From NCBI GenBank assembly GCA_045644385.1, contig JAZRGU010000007.1:1618-65617 (forward strand): a stretch of DNA of 64,000 nucleotides, given 5' to 3'. The position numbers were made by a program, and so were the translations under genes. Position 1 is the first letter of the stretch. Each line of letters opens with the position of its first letter. The notes under the pieces are model-generated. The model did not search any database. It saw nothing but the letters and a program-made list of their open reading frames with translations, and was not told the origin of the DNA. This document shows positions 1 to 7,648 of this stretch, one piece after another. The DNA comes from Christensenellaceae bacterium (lineage in GTDB: Bacteria > Bacillota > Clostridia > Christensenellales > Borkfalkiaceae).

Positions 1-220
1 TATACGCGTTTGGATACGGGTCAAACTCGTCTAACGGAGAGTTGATTGCGTTGTGGAATTTTTCGCACGTGTCAAGGTCAACGCCACCGTCTTTATCAAT
101 ATACACGGTAAGTTGCGGATTTTTGCTAACTTTAAACTCTACTTCAACTATTTCTACCCCGCAATCTTCTGCATAAGGTTTTAAAAATGCGACAATCTCT
201 TCATTAGGCTTTGCCTTCAT
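1..220 (-). CDS. rimP: Ribosome maturation factor RimP, N-terminal part. The gene runs off the window start.
   Basis: ATG at 220-218 lies 5 nt after GGAGG. Hand translation MKAKPNEEIVAFLKPYAEDCGVEIVEVEFKVSKNPQLTVYIDKDGGVDLDTCEKFHNAINSPLDEFDPYPNAY matches the RimP N-domain pattern (VYID..GGV.LDDCE ... LD..DP). Its position downstream of a polC-like gene fits the known synteny. Confidence 0.6.
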   Translation of the reverse strand, partial: MKAKPNEEIVAFLKPYAEDCGVEIVEVEFKVSKNPQLTVYIDKDGGVDLDTCEKFHNAINSPLDEFDPYPNAY

Positions 221-240
221 TTTGCCTCCTATAAACAAAT

Positions 241-266
241 TTGAGAGTGGCTTTTGCCACCCTCAA
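241..266 (-). terminator. Terminator-like hairpin in the rimP leader. It may end the upstream exonuclease gene or act as a leader attenuator.
   Basis: On the minus strand, UUGAGGGUGGC-AAAA-GCCACUCUCAA forms an 11-bp stem with one G-U pair. It is followed by AUUUGUUUAU and sits about 20 nt before the rimP SD. Confidence 0.5.
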
Positions 267-293
267 ATTAAGCATCTTATTTAAGTCTAAATA

Positions 294-418
294 ATTTTAA
301 CACATCTATTTAAATATTGCAAGCGTTTTTATAATATATTATAAATATTTTAGTATTTGTGGTTTTAACTTGCAATTTAATAAACGTTATTTTAGTTTTT
401 ATTACTTTCGCCTTGCAA
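294..418 (-). promoter_or_regulatory. Three tandem sigma-A-like promoters (TTGCAA-N17/18-TAAAAT) upstream of rimP
   Basis: The -35/-10 pairs are at 413-418/389-394 (18-nt spacer), 370-375/347-352 (17 nt) and 317-322/294-299 (17 nt). A perfect 17-nt direct repeat cttgcaatttaataaac occurs at 369-385 and 412-428. Confidence 0.45.
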
Positions 419-1921
419 TTTAATAAACATTTCCGCCGTTGCGTAAGCGTCCGAAAGCGCCCTGTGATGATGAAACGTTATTCCGTAATGCTCGCACACA
501 ACGTTTAGTTTATGCCTTTTAAGTTGCGGTAAAAGTTTGCGCGAAAGTTCTAACGTGTCAATTACGTTATTATCCATTACGTACCCCAATTTTTTACCGT
601 TAATTTGCAACATTTTAAAATCAAAATCGGAATTGTGCGCAACGAAATTAGCGCCTTGTATAAATTTAAAAAAGTCGGGATAAACGTCTTCAAAAAAAGG
701 ACTGTTTTTAACCAAATTATCGTCTATGCCGGTAAGTTCAATAATTCGTTTAGGAATTTCTACTTTTGGATTAATTAACGTTTGAAATTCTTCAACGATA
801 ACTCCGTTTACAATTTTAACCGCGCCTATTTCCGTAATTTTATCGTTTACTATATCCGTACCCGTAGTTTCTATGTCAACAACGGCATAAACTTCATTTA
901 AAAAATGGCTAGGCAGTTTAGTTTGTAAAGAAAAAAAGTTTTGTTGCGAAGCCGTTTCAACGCTTTTGGGAAATATTTTTGAGTATCTTTCGGGTGCGGG
1001 TTTAGACGGCTTTGGCTTAACTGTAAAATTGTTTGGAAACGAGCAAAAGTGAAAGCCTTTTACGTTTAAACTAACGTATCCGTTATACAGTTCGTTTTCG
1101 CCCCTTATTATTATAGTGCTACCTTGCCCTATTTTTTCAAGTTTTTTTAATTTGTTTTTATCGGACGTAAAAATTCTTCCGCTTATTTTAGAAGTAGTGT
1201 CGTCAAGCGTTATTACGTAAAACGGCTTGCCGTTTTTTGTTTCTTTTTGCTCTACGGAAGTTACCGTGCCTGCAAAATAAACGGTGCCAAGCGTTTGAAA
1301 ACCGTCGGCTATGTAGGTGGCGGTATCGTAAACGACGTCGTCGCAAGTTTTTAAAACGTCAACTACCTTGTACCTTCGCACGTCGCTTTTTTCAATTTCG
1401 CTTTCGTTTACGCTAATTTCTTCGTAAACCGCTACGGAAGTGTCTACTTCCGAAATTTTTATATTACCGTTAAAATTTCCGCTGTAATTACGGCTTAAAT
1501 ACTCGGTTAAATTATCTAAAAAAGGCGTTCTAATAAGATAATCGTGAGTGTAATCGTTTACTAATATTTCAAAATTTATGCCCGTTTGAGAATTAAAAAC
1601 AACCACGTTTTTATCTGAAACGGAAAAACTAATAGAAGAATAGTTTTCTTTAACAAAATTTAAAATGGCACGCCTAGTAACGTCTTTATCCGCAATAGAT
1701 TTTTGGCAAATTAGTTCTAAACCGTAACTAGACGGAATTTCTTTTTTTATTGAGTTTTTAATAAAATTTAAACCGTCTTCACTTACTGCAACGTCACTTA
1801 CGGCAAATAAGTTTACCACTTTGTTTTTAGTGTCAATTTCCGCCTTTTTAAAACGGATATTGCCTAAATTGCCGTCAAAGTTTTTAAGTGATTCTAGCAA
1901 TTTATCACATTTGTTCAACAA
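392..1921 (-). CDS. PolC-like N-terminal/OB-fold protein with a DEDDh 3'-5' exonuclease domain and no polymerase or PHP domains
   Basis: The 509-aa ORF carries ExoI VVDIETTG, ExoII AHNSDFDF and ExoIII HHRALSDAYA. An OB-like segment GTVTSVEQKETKNGKPFYVITLDDTTSKISGRIF lies upstream of them. The ORF sits between ispG and rimP. Confidence 0.7.
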   Translation of the reverse strand: MLNKCDKLLESLKNFDGNLGNIRFKKAEIDTKNKVVNLFAVSDVAVSEDGLNFIKNSIKKEIPSSYGLELICQKSIADKDVTRRAILNFVKENYSSISFSVSDKNVVVFNSQTGINFEILVNDYTHDYLIRTPFLDNLTEYLSRNYSGNFNGNIKISEVDTSVAVYEEISVNESEIEKSDVRRYKVVDVLKTCDDVVYDTATYIADGFQTLGTVYFAGTVTSVEQKETKNGKPFYVITLDDTTSKISGRIFTSDKNKLKKLEKIGQGSTIIIRGENELYNGYVSLNVKGFHFCSFPNNFTVKPKPSKPAPERYSKIFPKSVETASQQNFFSLQTKLPSHFLNEVYAVVDIETTGTDIVNDKITEIGAVKIVNGVIVEEFQTLINPKVEIPKRIIELTGIDDNLVKNSPFFEDVYPDFFKFIQGANFVAHNSDFDFKMLQINGKKLGYVMDNNVIDTLELSRKLLPQLKRHKLNVVCEHYGITFHHHRALSDAYATAEMFIKLQGESNKN

Positions 1922-2951
1922 TTTTATATAGTTCCTTTATAAATTCTTCACGCGCGGATAAAAACGGCACTTTTTTAACTACGGTTTCACCCTTAAAAAT
2001 TACGCAAAAATCTTTTGAGCCTGCAATTCCTAAATGACAATCTTTTGCTTCCCCAGGTCCGTTTACAACGCAACCCATTACGGCTACTTTTAACGGTTTT
2101 TTTATGTGTTTTGTTAAATCTTCTATTTCTTTTGCAAGAGATATTGAATCGTATTCAGTTCTTCCGCAAGTTGGGCAAGAAATAACTTCTACGTAATTTT
2201 TATCTAACCCAACCGCCCTTAATATTTTTATTGCAACGGCAGGTTCAAGCAAAGGGTTTGCAGTTAAACTTACGCGCATCGTGTCGCCTATTCCGTCAAG
2301 CAATAACGCCCCTAACCCAGCGCTAGATTTTACAAGACCGCTTTCGTAAGTGCCCGCTTCCGTAACCCCTATGTGCAACGGATAATTAGTTTTACTATGT
2401 AAATACCTGTACGCTTTTACCGTAAGACTAACGTCGCTTGCCTTGGCGGAAATTACGATATCTTTAACGCCAAATTTTTCAAAAAGAGCAACGTTTTTTA
2501 AAGCGCTTTCGCATAGCGAAATTTCGTTTTTACCATATTTTGATAAAAAATCTTTTTCTATACTTCCAGAATTAGAGCCTACTCTAACGGGAACTCCGTA
2601 ATATTTTAAACAATCGGCAACCTTTTTAATATTATCTTCTCCACCAACGTTGCCGGGGTTAATTCTTACCTTATCCGCGCCGTTTTCAATAGATTTTATA
2701 GCAAGTTTATAATCAAAGTGAATATCGGCAACAATCGGCACGTCAACGCTTGACTTTATTGTTTTTATGGCAAGCGCGTCGGCTTCGTCTTTAACGGCAA
2801 GCCTAACGATATCACACCCTTCGTTTTTAAGTGCAAGTATTTGACTAATAACGTCACTTGTATATTGAGTTTTAATATTCGTCATAGATTGAACGGCAAC
2901 CTTTTCGCCACCGCCAATAACTACACCGCCGATATTTACTTTTTTAGTCAT
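1905..2951 (-). CDS. ispG: 4-hydroxy-3-methylbut-2-en-1-yl diphosphate synthase (IspG/GcpE)
   Basis: 348 aa. The N-terminus GGGEKVAVQSMTN and the C-terminal CPTCGR Fe-S motif are typical of IspG. Confidence 0.9.
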   Translation of the reverse strand: MTKKVNIGGVVIGGGEKVAVQSMTNIKTQYTSDVISQILALKNEGCDIVRLAVKDEADALAIKTIKSSVDVPIVADIHFDYKLAIKSIENGADKVRINPGNVGGEDNIKKVADCLKYYGVPVRVGSNSGSIEKDFLSKYGKNEISLCESALKNVALFEKFGVKDIVISAKASDVSLTVKAYRYLHSKTNYPLHIGVTEAGTYESGLVKSSAGLGALLLDGIGDTMRVSLTANPLLEPAVAIKILRAVGLDKNYVEVISCPTCGRTEYDSISLAKEIEDLTKHIKKPLKVAVMGCVVNGPGEAKDCHLGIAGSKDFCVIFKGETVVKKVPFLSAREEFIKELYKIVEQM

Positions 2952-3730
2952 TTGTTACCTTTATTCATTTCGTATACAAGGCGTAAACCTTCAAGAGTAA
3001 GCATTCTATCTATTTTACTTATGCAACTAACTTCTTTGGCTATAATTTCACCCATACCGCCCGTTGCAACAACGTTAATTTCATCAACGCCTAACTCGTT
3101 TTTAATCTTTTTAACTATATTGTCTACAAGCCCTGCAAAGCCGAAAATAATACCCGCTTGCATACACTCTTGCGTGCTTTTTGCAATTACGCTTTTGGGC
3201 GCTACGAGTTCTATCATAGGAAGTTGCGCCGTGTTAGAAACTAACCCTTGAAGAGCCGTTTTAATACCCGGTGCAATAACTACGCCGATAAGTTCGCCCT
3301 TACCCGTCAACACGTCAAAAGTAGTGGCTGTTCCAAAGTCTATAACAATCATAGGTTTACCGTTGCCGTACTTATTAAACGCGCTAACGCAGTTTACTAT
3401 AATATCCGCGCCAACTTCTTTTGGGTTATCCGCCTTAACGTTAATGCCCGTTTTAACGCCTGCGCCTATCATTATAGGGGTAACTTTAAAGAAATACTCG
3501 CACATATGAATAATTGTAAAATTAAGCGACGGTATAACCGAAGAAACAATTATTCCCGTTATATCGCTTGTATTTAAAGATGAACTGTTTAAAAGATTTA
3601 TAAGCGTTGCGCCGTATTCGTCCGCCGTTCTAGTTTGGCGTGAAGACACCCTGTACGACGCCATTAATTTATCGCCTTTAAATACTGCGTATTTAATGTT
3701 TGTGTTACCAATGTCTATACATAAAATCAT
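2948..3730 (-). CDS. coaX: Type III pantothenate kinase
   Basis: 260 aa. It starts MILCIDIGNTNIKYAVF and has GTATTFD, the ASKHA-fold CoaX pattern. It overlaps the ispG start by 4 nt. Confidence 0.85.
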   Translation of the reverse strand: MILCIDIGNTNIKYAVFKGDKLMASYRVSSRQTRTADEYGATLINLLNSSSLNTSDITGIIVSSVIPSLNFTIIHMCEYFFKVTPIMIGAGVKTGINVKADNPKEVGADIIVNCVSAFNKYGNGKPMIVIDFGTATTFDVLTGKGELIGVVIAPGIKTALQGLVSNTAQLPMIELVAPKSVIAKSTQECMQAGIIFGFAGLVDNIVKKIKNELGVDEINVVATGGMGEIIAKEVSCISKIDRMLTLEGLRLVYEMNKGNK

Positions 3731-3744
3731 AATAATACCCTATT

Positions 3745-4338
3745 TTAAAATTTTATAGCCTTAAATACGCGGTTAAGCGCCGGCGCTACTAATAAGTTAA
3801 TACCGAGTTCAATAAAAAAGTTAAACGTTACAATCGAAACTAAAATATATACTAAAACGTTAGTTCCTTCCGTTATTGTGTAAACGGAATTAGTCATACC
3901 CAAACAACCTAAAATAAAAATTAAGGTGTTAATTACGGGAACGATTGCCGAAGCAACAAACGTTGCTACTATTTTGTTTGGAATAAGTGTATATATAAAA
4001 CCGCCCATAAAGCCCGCAACGGTAGTTTTTAATATGCAAGTTAGCGTTGTAACTACGGGGTCGTTAGGCCAAATTAAAACGTAAAAAGGCATGACGCCTA
4101 AAATTACTTGAATTAAAATTACAATTCCGCACGCAAAACCCAAAAAAGCGCCTACTAACGGTCCAAATAAAATACCGCCAAGCACTATGGGTATAAGCGT
4201 AAAGTTAAGTTGAACAGTACCTATGCTAATAGTTCCCCCAACCGCTTGCAAAACTATAACTAATGCAAGTAGTACCGCTATTCCCGTAATATTTTTGGCG
4301 GAAAGTTTTACAGTAAATTTATTCATAATAGCCTCCAA
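3745..4338 (-). CDS. ECF transporter S component, possibly pantothenate-specific given the adjacent coaX
   Basis: 197 aa, all hydrophobic with about 6 TM segments. Size and layout fit an ECF S-unit. The substrate is only inferred from the neighbouring gene. Confidence 0.5.
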   Translation of the reverse strand: MEAIMNKFTVKLSAKNITGIAVLLALVIVLQAVGGTISIGTVQLNFTLIPIVLGGILFGPLVGAFLGFACGIVILIQVILGVMPFYVLIWPNDPVVTTLTCILKTTVAGFMGGFIYTLIPNKIVATFVASAIVPVINTLIFILGCLGMTNSVYTITEGTNVLVYILVSIVTFNFFIELGINLLVAPALNRVFKAIKF

Positions 4339-4524
4339 TCAAGTTCTATAAAAGATACCTGTAAGAAAAAATAAAAATATAAAGTCAAGCCTAAAAAGTG
4401 CCTGCTAGTATTATTTTAATACATTTTATTAAAAAATTCAACCTAATGGTAACATTTTTTAAAAAAAATAAATAGTATAAAGTAGATAGCAATATCAAAA
4501 ACATTTTGGAGGATAAAATAAATT

Positions 4525-4731
4525 ATGAACTTTTTTGGATTTAACGACAATTGCTGTTTGTACATACTTATTATACTTTTACTAGTTTGCCTTTGCGGAA
4601 ACGGCTGTATTTCTAACATTATAGACAAAATTTGTGGCTGTGGTTGGATACTTCCAATTATCATAGCGTTGTTATGTTGCTGTAAAGGTGGCAAAAAGCC
4701 TTACGGCATCGGCGGTTGCGGATGTAAATAA
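4525..4731 (+). CDS. Small Cys/Gly-rich membrane protein (68 aa, 12 Cys)
   Basis: GGAGG lies 12 nt upstream of the ATG. The protein has a hydrophobic core plus CC, CLC, CGCG, CCC and GCGC clusters. A strong hairpin terminator at 4746-4773 follows the stop. Confidence 0.5.
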   Translation: MNFFGFNDNCCLYILIILLLVCLCGNGCISNIIDKICGCGWILPIIIALLCCCKGGKKPYGIGGCGCK

Positions 4732-4745
4732 TTGACACAAACGAT

Positions 4746-4773
4746 AAAAACGGCGAGAACTTCGCCGTTTTTA
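4746..4773. terminator. Bidirectional intrinsic terminator between the small Cys-rich ORF and the arsR-family gene
   Basis: aaaaaCGGCGAgaactTCGCCGttttt: a GC-rich stem flanked by an A-run and a T-run. Confidence 0.75.
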
Positions 4774-4801
4774 TCAATTTAAAAAATATTGCTTTCGTAT
4801 T

Positions 4802-5149
4802 TTAATATCCTAAAAATTCTACGCCTTTTAACAAAATGTCGTTAATCATTTCGCTACGAAGCGAATAAAAAATAATCTTCCCCTGTCGTTTTGCCTTTAC
4901 AGCACCTAAATCTTTTAAAATTCTTAACTGATGAGAAACGGTAGTTTGATTTAAATTTAGCATTACCGATAAATCTGTAACGCACATTTCGCTAATTGCA
5001 AGTGCAGATAACATTTTTAGCCTTGTAACGTCTGAAAATAAACTAAAAAAACTAACTAAATCCCCTAGTATTTCTTCACTTGGTATGTAGTCGCTTACTA
5101 AATTTTGCAAGCGTTTATCTAGCAGTAAAACACTTTGACTACTTGCCAT
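4802..5149 (-). CDS. ArsR/SmtB-family metal-responsive transcriptional repressor
   Basis: 115 aa with a winged-HTH. It has LSDVTRLKMLSAL, an EMCVTDL motif (ELCVCDL-like) and TVSHQLRILKDLG. Confidence 0.85.
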   Translation of the reverse strand: MASSQSVLLLDKRLQNLVSDYIPSEEILGDLVSFFSLFSDVTRLKMLSALAISEMCVTDLSVMLNLNQTTVSHQLRILKDLGAVKAKRQGKIIFYSLRSEMINDILLKGVEFLGY

Positions 5150-5194
5150 AACACCACCTCGTTACGATTATTTTTACTAATTTAATGATAAAAC

Positions 5195-5210
5195 ACATAT
5201 AAAAATATGT
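5195..5210. promoter_or_regulatory. Candidate ArsR/SmtB operator (6-4-6 palindrome ACATAT-aaaa-ATATGT)
   Basis: A perfect inverted repeat lies in the divergent region between the arsR-family gene and the 46-aa ORF. Outer ACACAT/ATGTGT arms at about 5192 and 5231 extend it. Confidence 0.35.
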
Positions 5211-5279
5211 CAACGTATACATACAATAAAATGTGTCGCATATTGTAATATAAGAATAATTTTTGTAAAAAGGAGTTTT

Positions 5280-5420
5280 ATGAATTCAACGTATCTTGTT
5301 TTATTAGGCTTATTGTTTTTGTTAACCACGAATAATACTATATCTTTAACGCAAGCGTTACTTTTAGTTACGCTACTTACAACGACCACTTGTTTATGCC
5401 AAAACACTAACACTATTTAA
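5280..5420 (+). CDS. Small hydrophobic protein (46 aa), not in the supplied ORF track
   Basis: AAAGGAG lies 5 nt before the ATG. Hand translation gives MNSTYLVLLGLLFLLTTNNTISLTQALLLVTLLTTTTCLCQNTNTI. The hairpin terminator at 5433-5458 follows directly. Confidence 0.4.
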   Translation: MNSTYLVLLGLLFLLTTNNTISLTQALLLVTLLTTTTCLCQNTNTI

Positions 5421-5432
5421 TAAGATAAAATA

Positions 5433-5458
5433 AGGTATGGCTTAGCCATACCTTTTTG
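5433..5458. terminator. Bidirectional intrinsic terminator
   Basis: AGGTATGGC-tta-GCCATACCT is followed by TTTTTGGTTTTTT. Confidence 0.7.
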
Positions 5459-5463
5459 GTTTT

Positions 5464-6390
5464 TTACAATATGTATTTATTTAAATAGTCGGTTACTATT
5501 TGGTTATACCTAACTTCGTTAATAACGTAACTTATGCCGTGCCCTGCGTTTTCAAACTCGTGCCTTTCAATATAATCTTTATTTGATTGCCAAATTAGTT
5601 TAGACATATCGCACGGAACTAACCTATCGTCTTTGCCGTGAATAATCGCTATTGGAATTTTTGCATTTTTAACGGCTTGTATTGCCGAAGTTTCGTTTAA
5701 ATTAAACCGCCCGAAAATTAGCGCGCTTAAATATATAAACGGATATACAAGTTTTGGAGATACTTTTAAATCTTTACACACCTTGCAAATTATATCTTTT
5801 GGCGTTGAATACGGGCAATCTACAAAAACGCCTTTAACGTTACTTGGTAAGTTAAGCGATATAGAAGTTAACGCCGTAAACGCACCCATAGAAATTCCAC
5901 AAATTAAAATTTTAGGGTTAAAAAATCTGTTGTTTACGTATTTAATCCAGTCTAAACAGTCGTACTTTTCTTTAATTCCAAAAGTAATAGTATGCCCTTG
6001 ACTTTTGCCGTGCGCACGTTGGTCAACTATTAAAACGTTAAGGTCGTGTTTAAAAAAAGTAAGCGCAATACCGCTAAAATCTCTTGTAGAATTCGCCCTA
6101 TATCCGTGAAGGCATATAACTACGGGAGCGCCGTCTTTTTTATGATAATATTTTCCATAAAGTTTTAGTTTAGAAGAAGAAGTTATTTCAACTTCTTCGT
6201 ATTTATAAGGTTTAAAGTTGTCCACTATATCTCGCATTTGTTTAACGCGCGACTCGTATTGCTCGCCTTTTGGAATATTATATTCGTTATTTTGATTTTT
6301 GTGCGGAGAATAAAATACCGCCAAATATATTAAAAACAAACATAATGTAAGCAATGCAATCACGCCTAAAATTACGTATAAAGTTATCAT
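5464..6390 (-). CDS. Membrane-anchored alpha/beta hydrolase
   Basis: 308 aa with an N-terminal TM helix, an HG oxyanion motif (CLHGY), a GISMGA nucleophile elbow and a late IHGKDD..V segment. Confidence 0.75.
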   Translation of the reverse strand: MITLYVILGVIALLTLCLFLIYLAVFYSPHKNQNNEYNIPKGEQYESRVKQMRDIVDNFKPYKYEEVEITSSSKLKLYGKYYHKKDGAPVVICLHGYRANSTRDFSGIALTFFKHDLNVLIVDQRAHGKSQGHTITFGIKEKYDCLDWIKYVNNRFFNPKILICGISMGAFTALTSISLNLPSNVKGVFVDCPYSTPKDIICKVCKDLKVSPKLVYPFIYLSALIFGRFNLNETSAIQAVKNAKIPIAIIHGKDDRLVPCDMSKLIWQSNKDYIERHEFENAGHGISYVINEVRYNQIVTDYLNKYIL

Positions 6391-6404
6391 TTGTGCTCCC
6401 TTTT

Positions 6405-7643
6405 TTAAACCTTTAACGGCTTTGCTTTTTTACCGACTATTGCGGTAGACATCTCTTTACAATCATAGTATTTAATAGCGTTTTCAACGTCGGTTTTAGT
6501 TAAATTATCCACTTCTAAAAGCCTGTCGTTAACGTCGTACAACTTGCCCGTATTTAAATAATATCTAGAAAACAACTGTACTTTTGAAGTAGGTCTTTCA
6601 AGTGCAAAAACCGTTGAAGATTTTATTTGGCACTTTACTTTATCAAACTCTTCTTGCGTAACCCCGTCTTTTTTTAAGCGTTCTAAAACTTCTAAAACGG
6701 CGTTTAAGGCTTGGTCTGTTTTTAATGAATTTACGCCCGCGTATATAGAAGACGTGCCTACGTCTTTATACCTAGACGAAAACGAATACACGGAATACGC
6801 AAGCCCAAGTTCTTCCCTAACCTTTTGAAACAACCTACTGCTCATACCGCCACCTATTATTGCGGTTAAAGTTTCGCTTGCTATTTTATCTTTATCTAAA
6901 AACGACGGCGCTTTAAAAGTCAAACAAAAATGTGTTTGTTCTATATCTTTTTTAACAGCCAAATTTTGTTTCAAATTTACAGTGTTTCGCATAGGCTCGC
7001 CTGCTTTTTTGTTAAAAGAAACGTATGGCAAAATATATTTATCTACTAAATTTAAACAATCTTTTAAGTTTACGTTACCCGCAAAAGTTACGCATATATT
7101 TTCGGCAACGTAGTAATCGTTAATATAATTTTTAATATCGTTTAGCGTAAAAGAAGAAACGTTATTTACGCTTCCTAAAATCGTTCTACCGTACCCGTCG
7201 TCGCCAAAATACGAACGGCACGCTAAATCAAAGCAAACGTCTTCGGGATTATCGTTGCTCATATTTATTTCTTCTATAATAACTTGCTTTTCTTTTTCCG
7301 CCTCGTTTTCCGGATACGTGCTACGAAATACCGCGCTAGACATAACCGAAAACGTCTTTTCTAAATTTTCCGCCAAGGTTTGAACGTAAAAGCAAGTTTT
7401 ATCTACGCTTGTATAAGCGTTAAAATTTGCGCCACACGCTTCCATAGTGTTTGAAATATCAAAAGCGGAAAGTTCGTTAGTGCCTTTAAAACTCATATGT
7501 TCTATATAGTGCGAAATGCCGTTATTTTTATTGTTTTCGTTTGCGCTACCCGTTCCCACCATTATTGCAAAAGAACTAGAAAGCGCACCGCCTTCACTAA
7601 CTATAACAGTTAAATTTTCGTTAATTTTTTTAATGTAATCCAT
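6405..7643 (-). CDS. M16-family (pitrilysin/insulinase) zinc peptidase
   Basis: 412 aa with the inverted zinc motif HYIEH (HxxEH) near the N-terminus. Confidence 0.8.
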   Translation of the reverse strand: MDYIKKINENLTVIVSEGGALSSSFAIMVGTGSANENNKNNGISHYIEHMSFKGTNELSAFDISNTMEACGANFNAYTSVDKTCFYVQTLAENLEKTFSVMSSAVFRSTYPENEAEKEKQVIIEEINMSNDNPEDVCFDLACRSYFGDDGYGRTILGSVNNVSSFTLNDIKNYINDYYVAENICVTFAGNVNLKDCLNLVDKYILPYVSFNKKAGEPMRNTVNLKQNLAVKKDIEQTHFCLTFKAPSFLDKDKIASETLTAIIGGGMSSRLFQKVREELGLAYSVYSFSSRYKDVGTSSIYAGVNSLKTDQALNAVLEVLERLKKDGVTQEEFDKVKCQIKSSTVFALERPTSKVQLFSRYYLNTGKLYDVNDRLLEVDNLTKTDVENAIKYYDCKEMSTAIVGKKAKPLKV

Positions 7644-7648
7644 ATTTG

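Noticed and set aside
1905-1907. Alternative genetic code (for example TGA as a sense codon), considered because of the AT-rich, Mollicutes-like composition
   Set aside because: All conserved proteins translate at full length under the standard bacterial code. TGA is used as a real stop at the end of ispG, where the homology also ends.
2841-3577. Plus-strand ORFs of 136, 109 and 61 aa overlapping ispG and coaX
   Set aside because: They lie entirely antisense to two confidently identified genes. They have low-complexity, hydrophobic or basic composition typical of shadow frames in AT-rich DNA, and they lack an SD.
4443-4694. 83-aa minus-strand ORF antisense to the Cys-rich small ORF
   Set aside because: It has a non-ATG start, no SD and a Gln/Pro/Ile-rich shadow-frame composition. 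The plus-strand ORF has an SD and is followed directly by a terminator, so it is the better candidate.
5210-5413. 67-aa minus-strand ORF in the arsR upstream region
   Set aside because: It overlaps the plus-strand 46-aa ORF, which has a good AAAGGAG SD and its own terminator. The minus-strand ORF has neither and would run through the arsR promoter and operator region.
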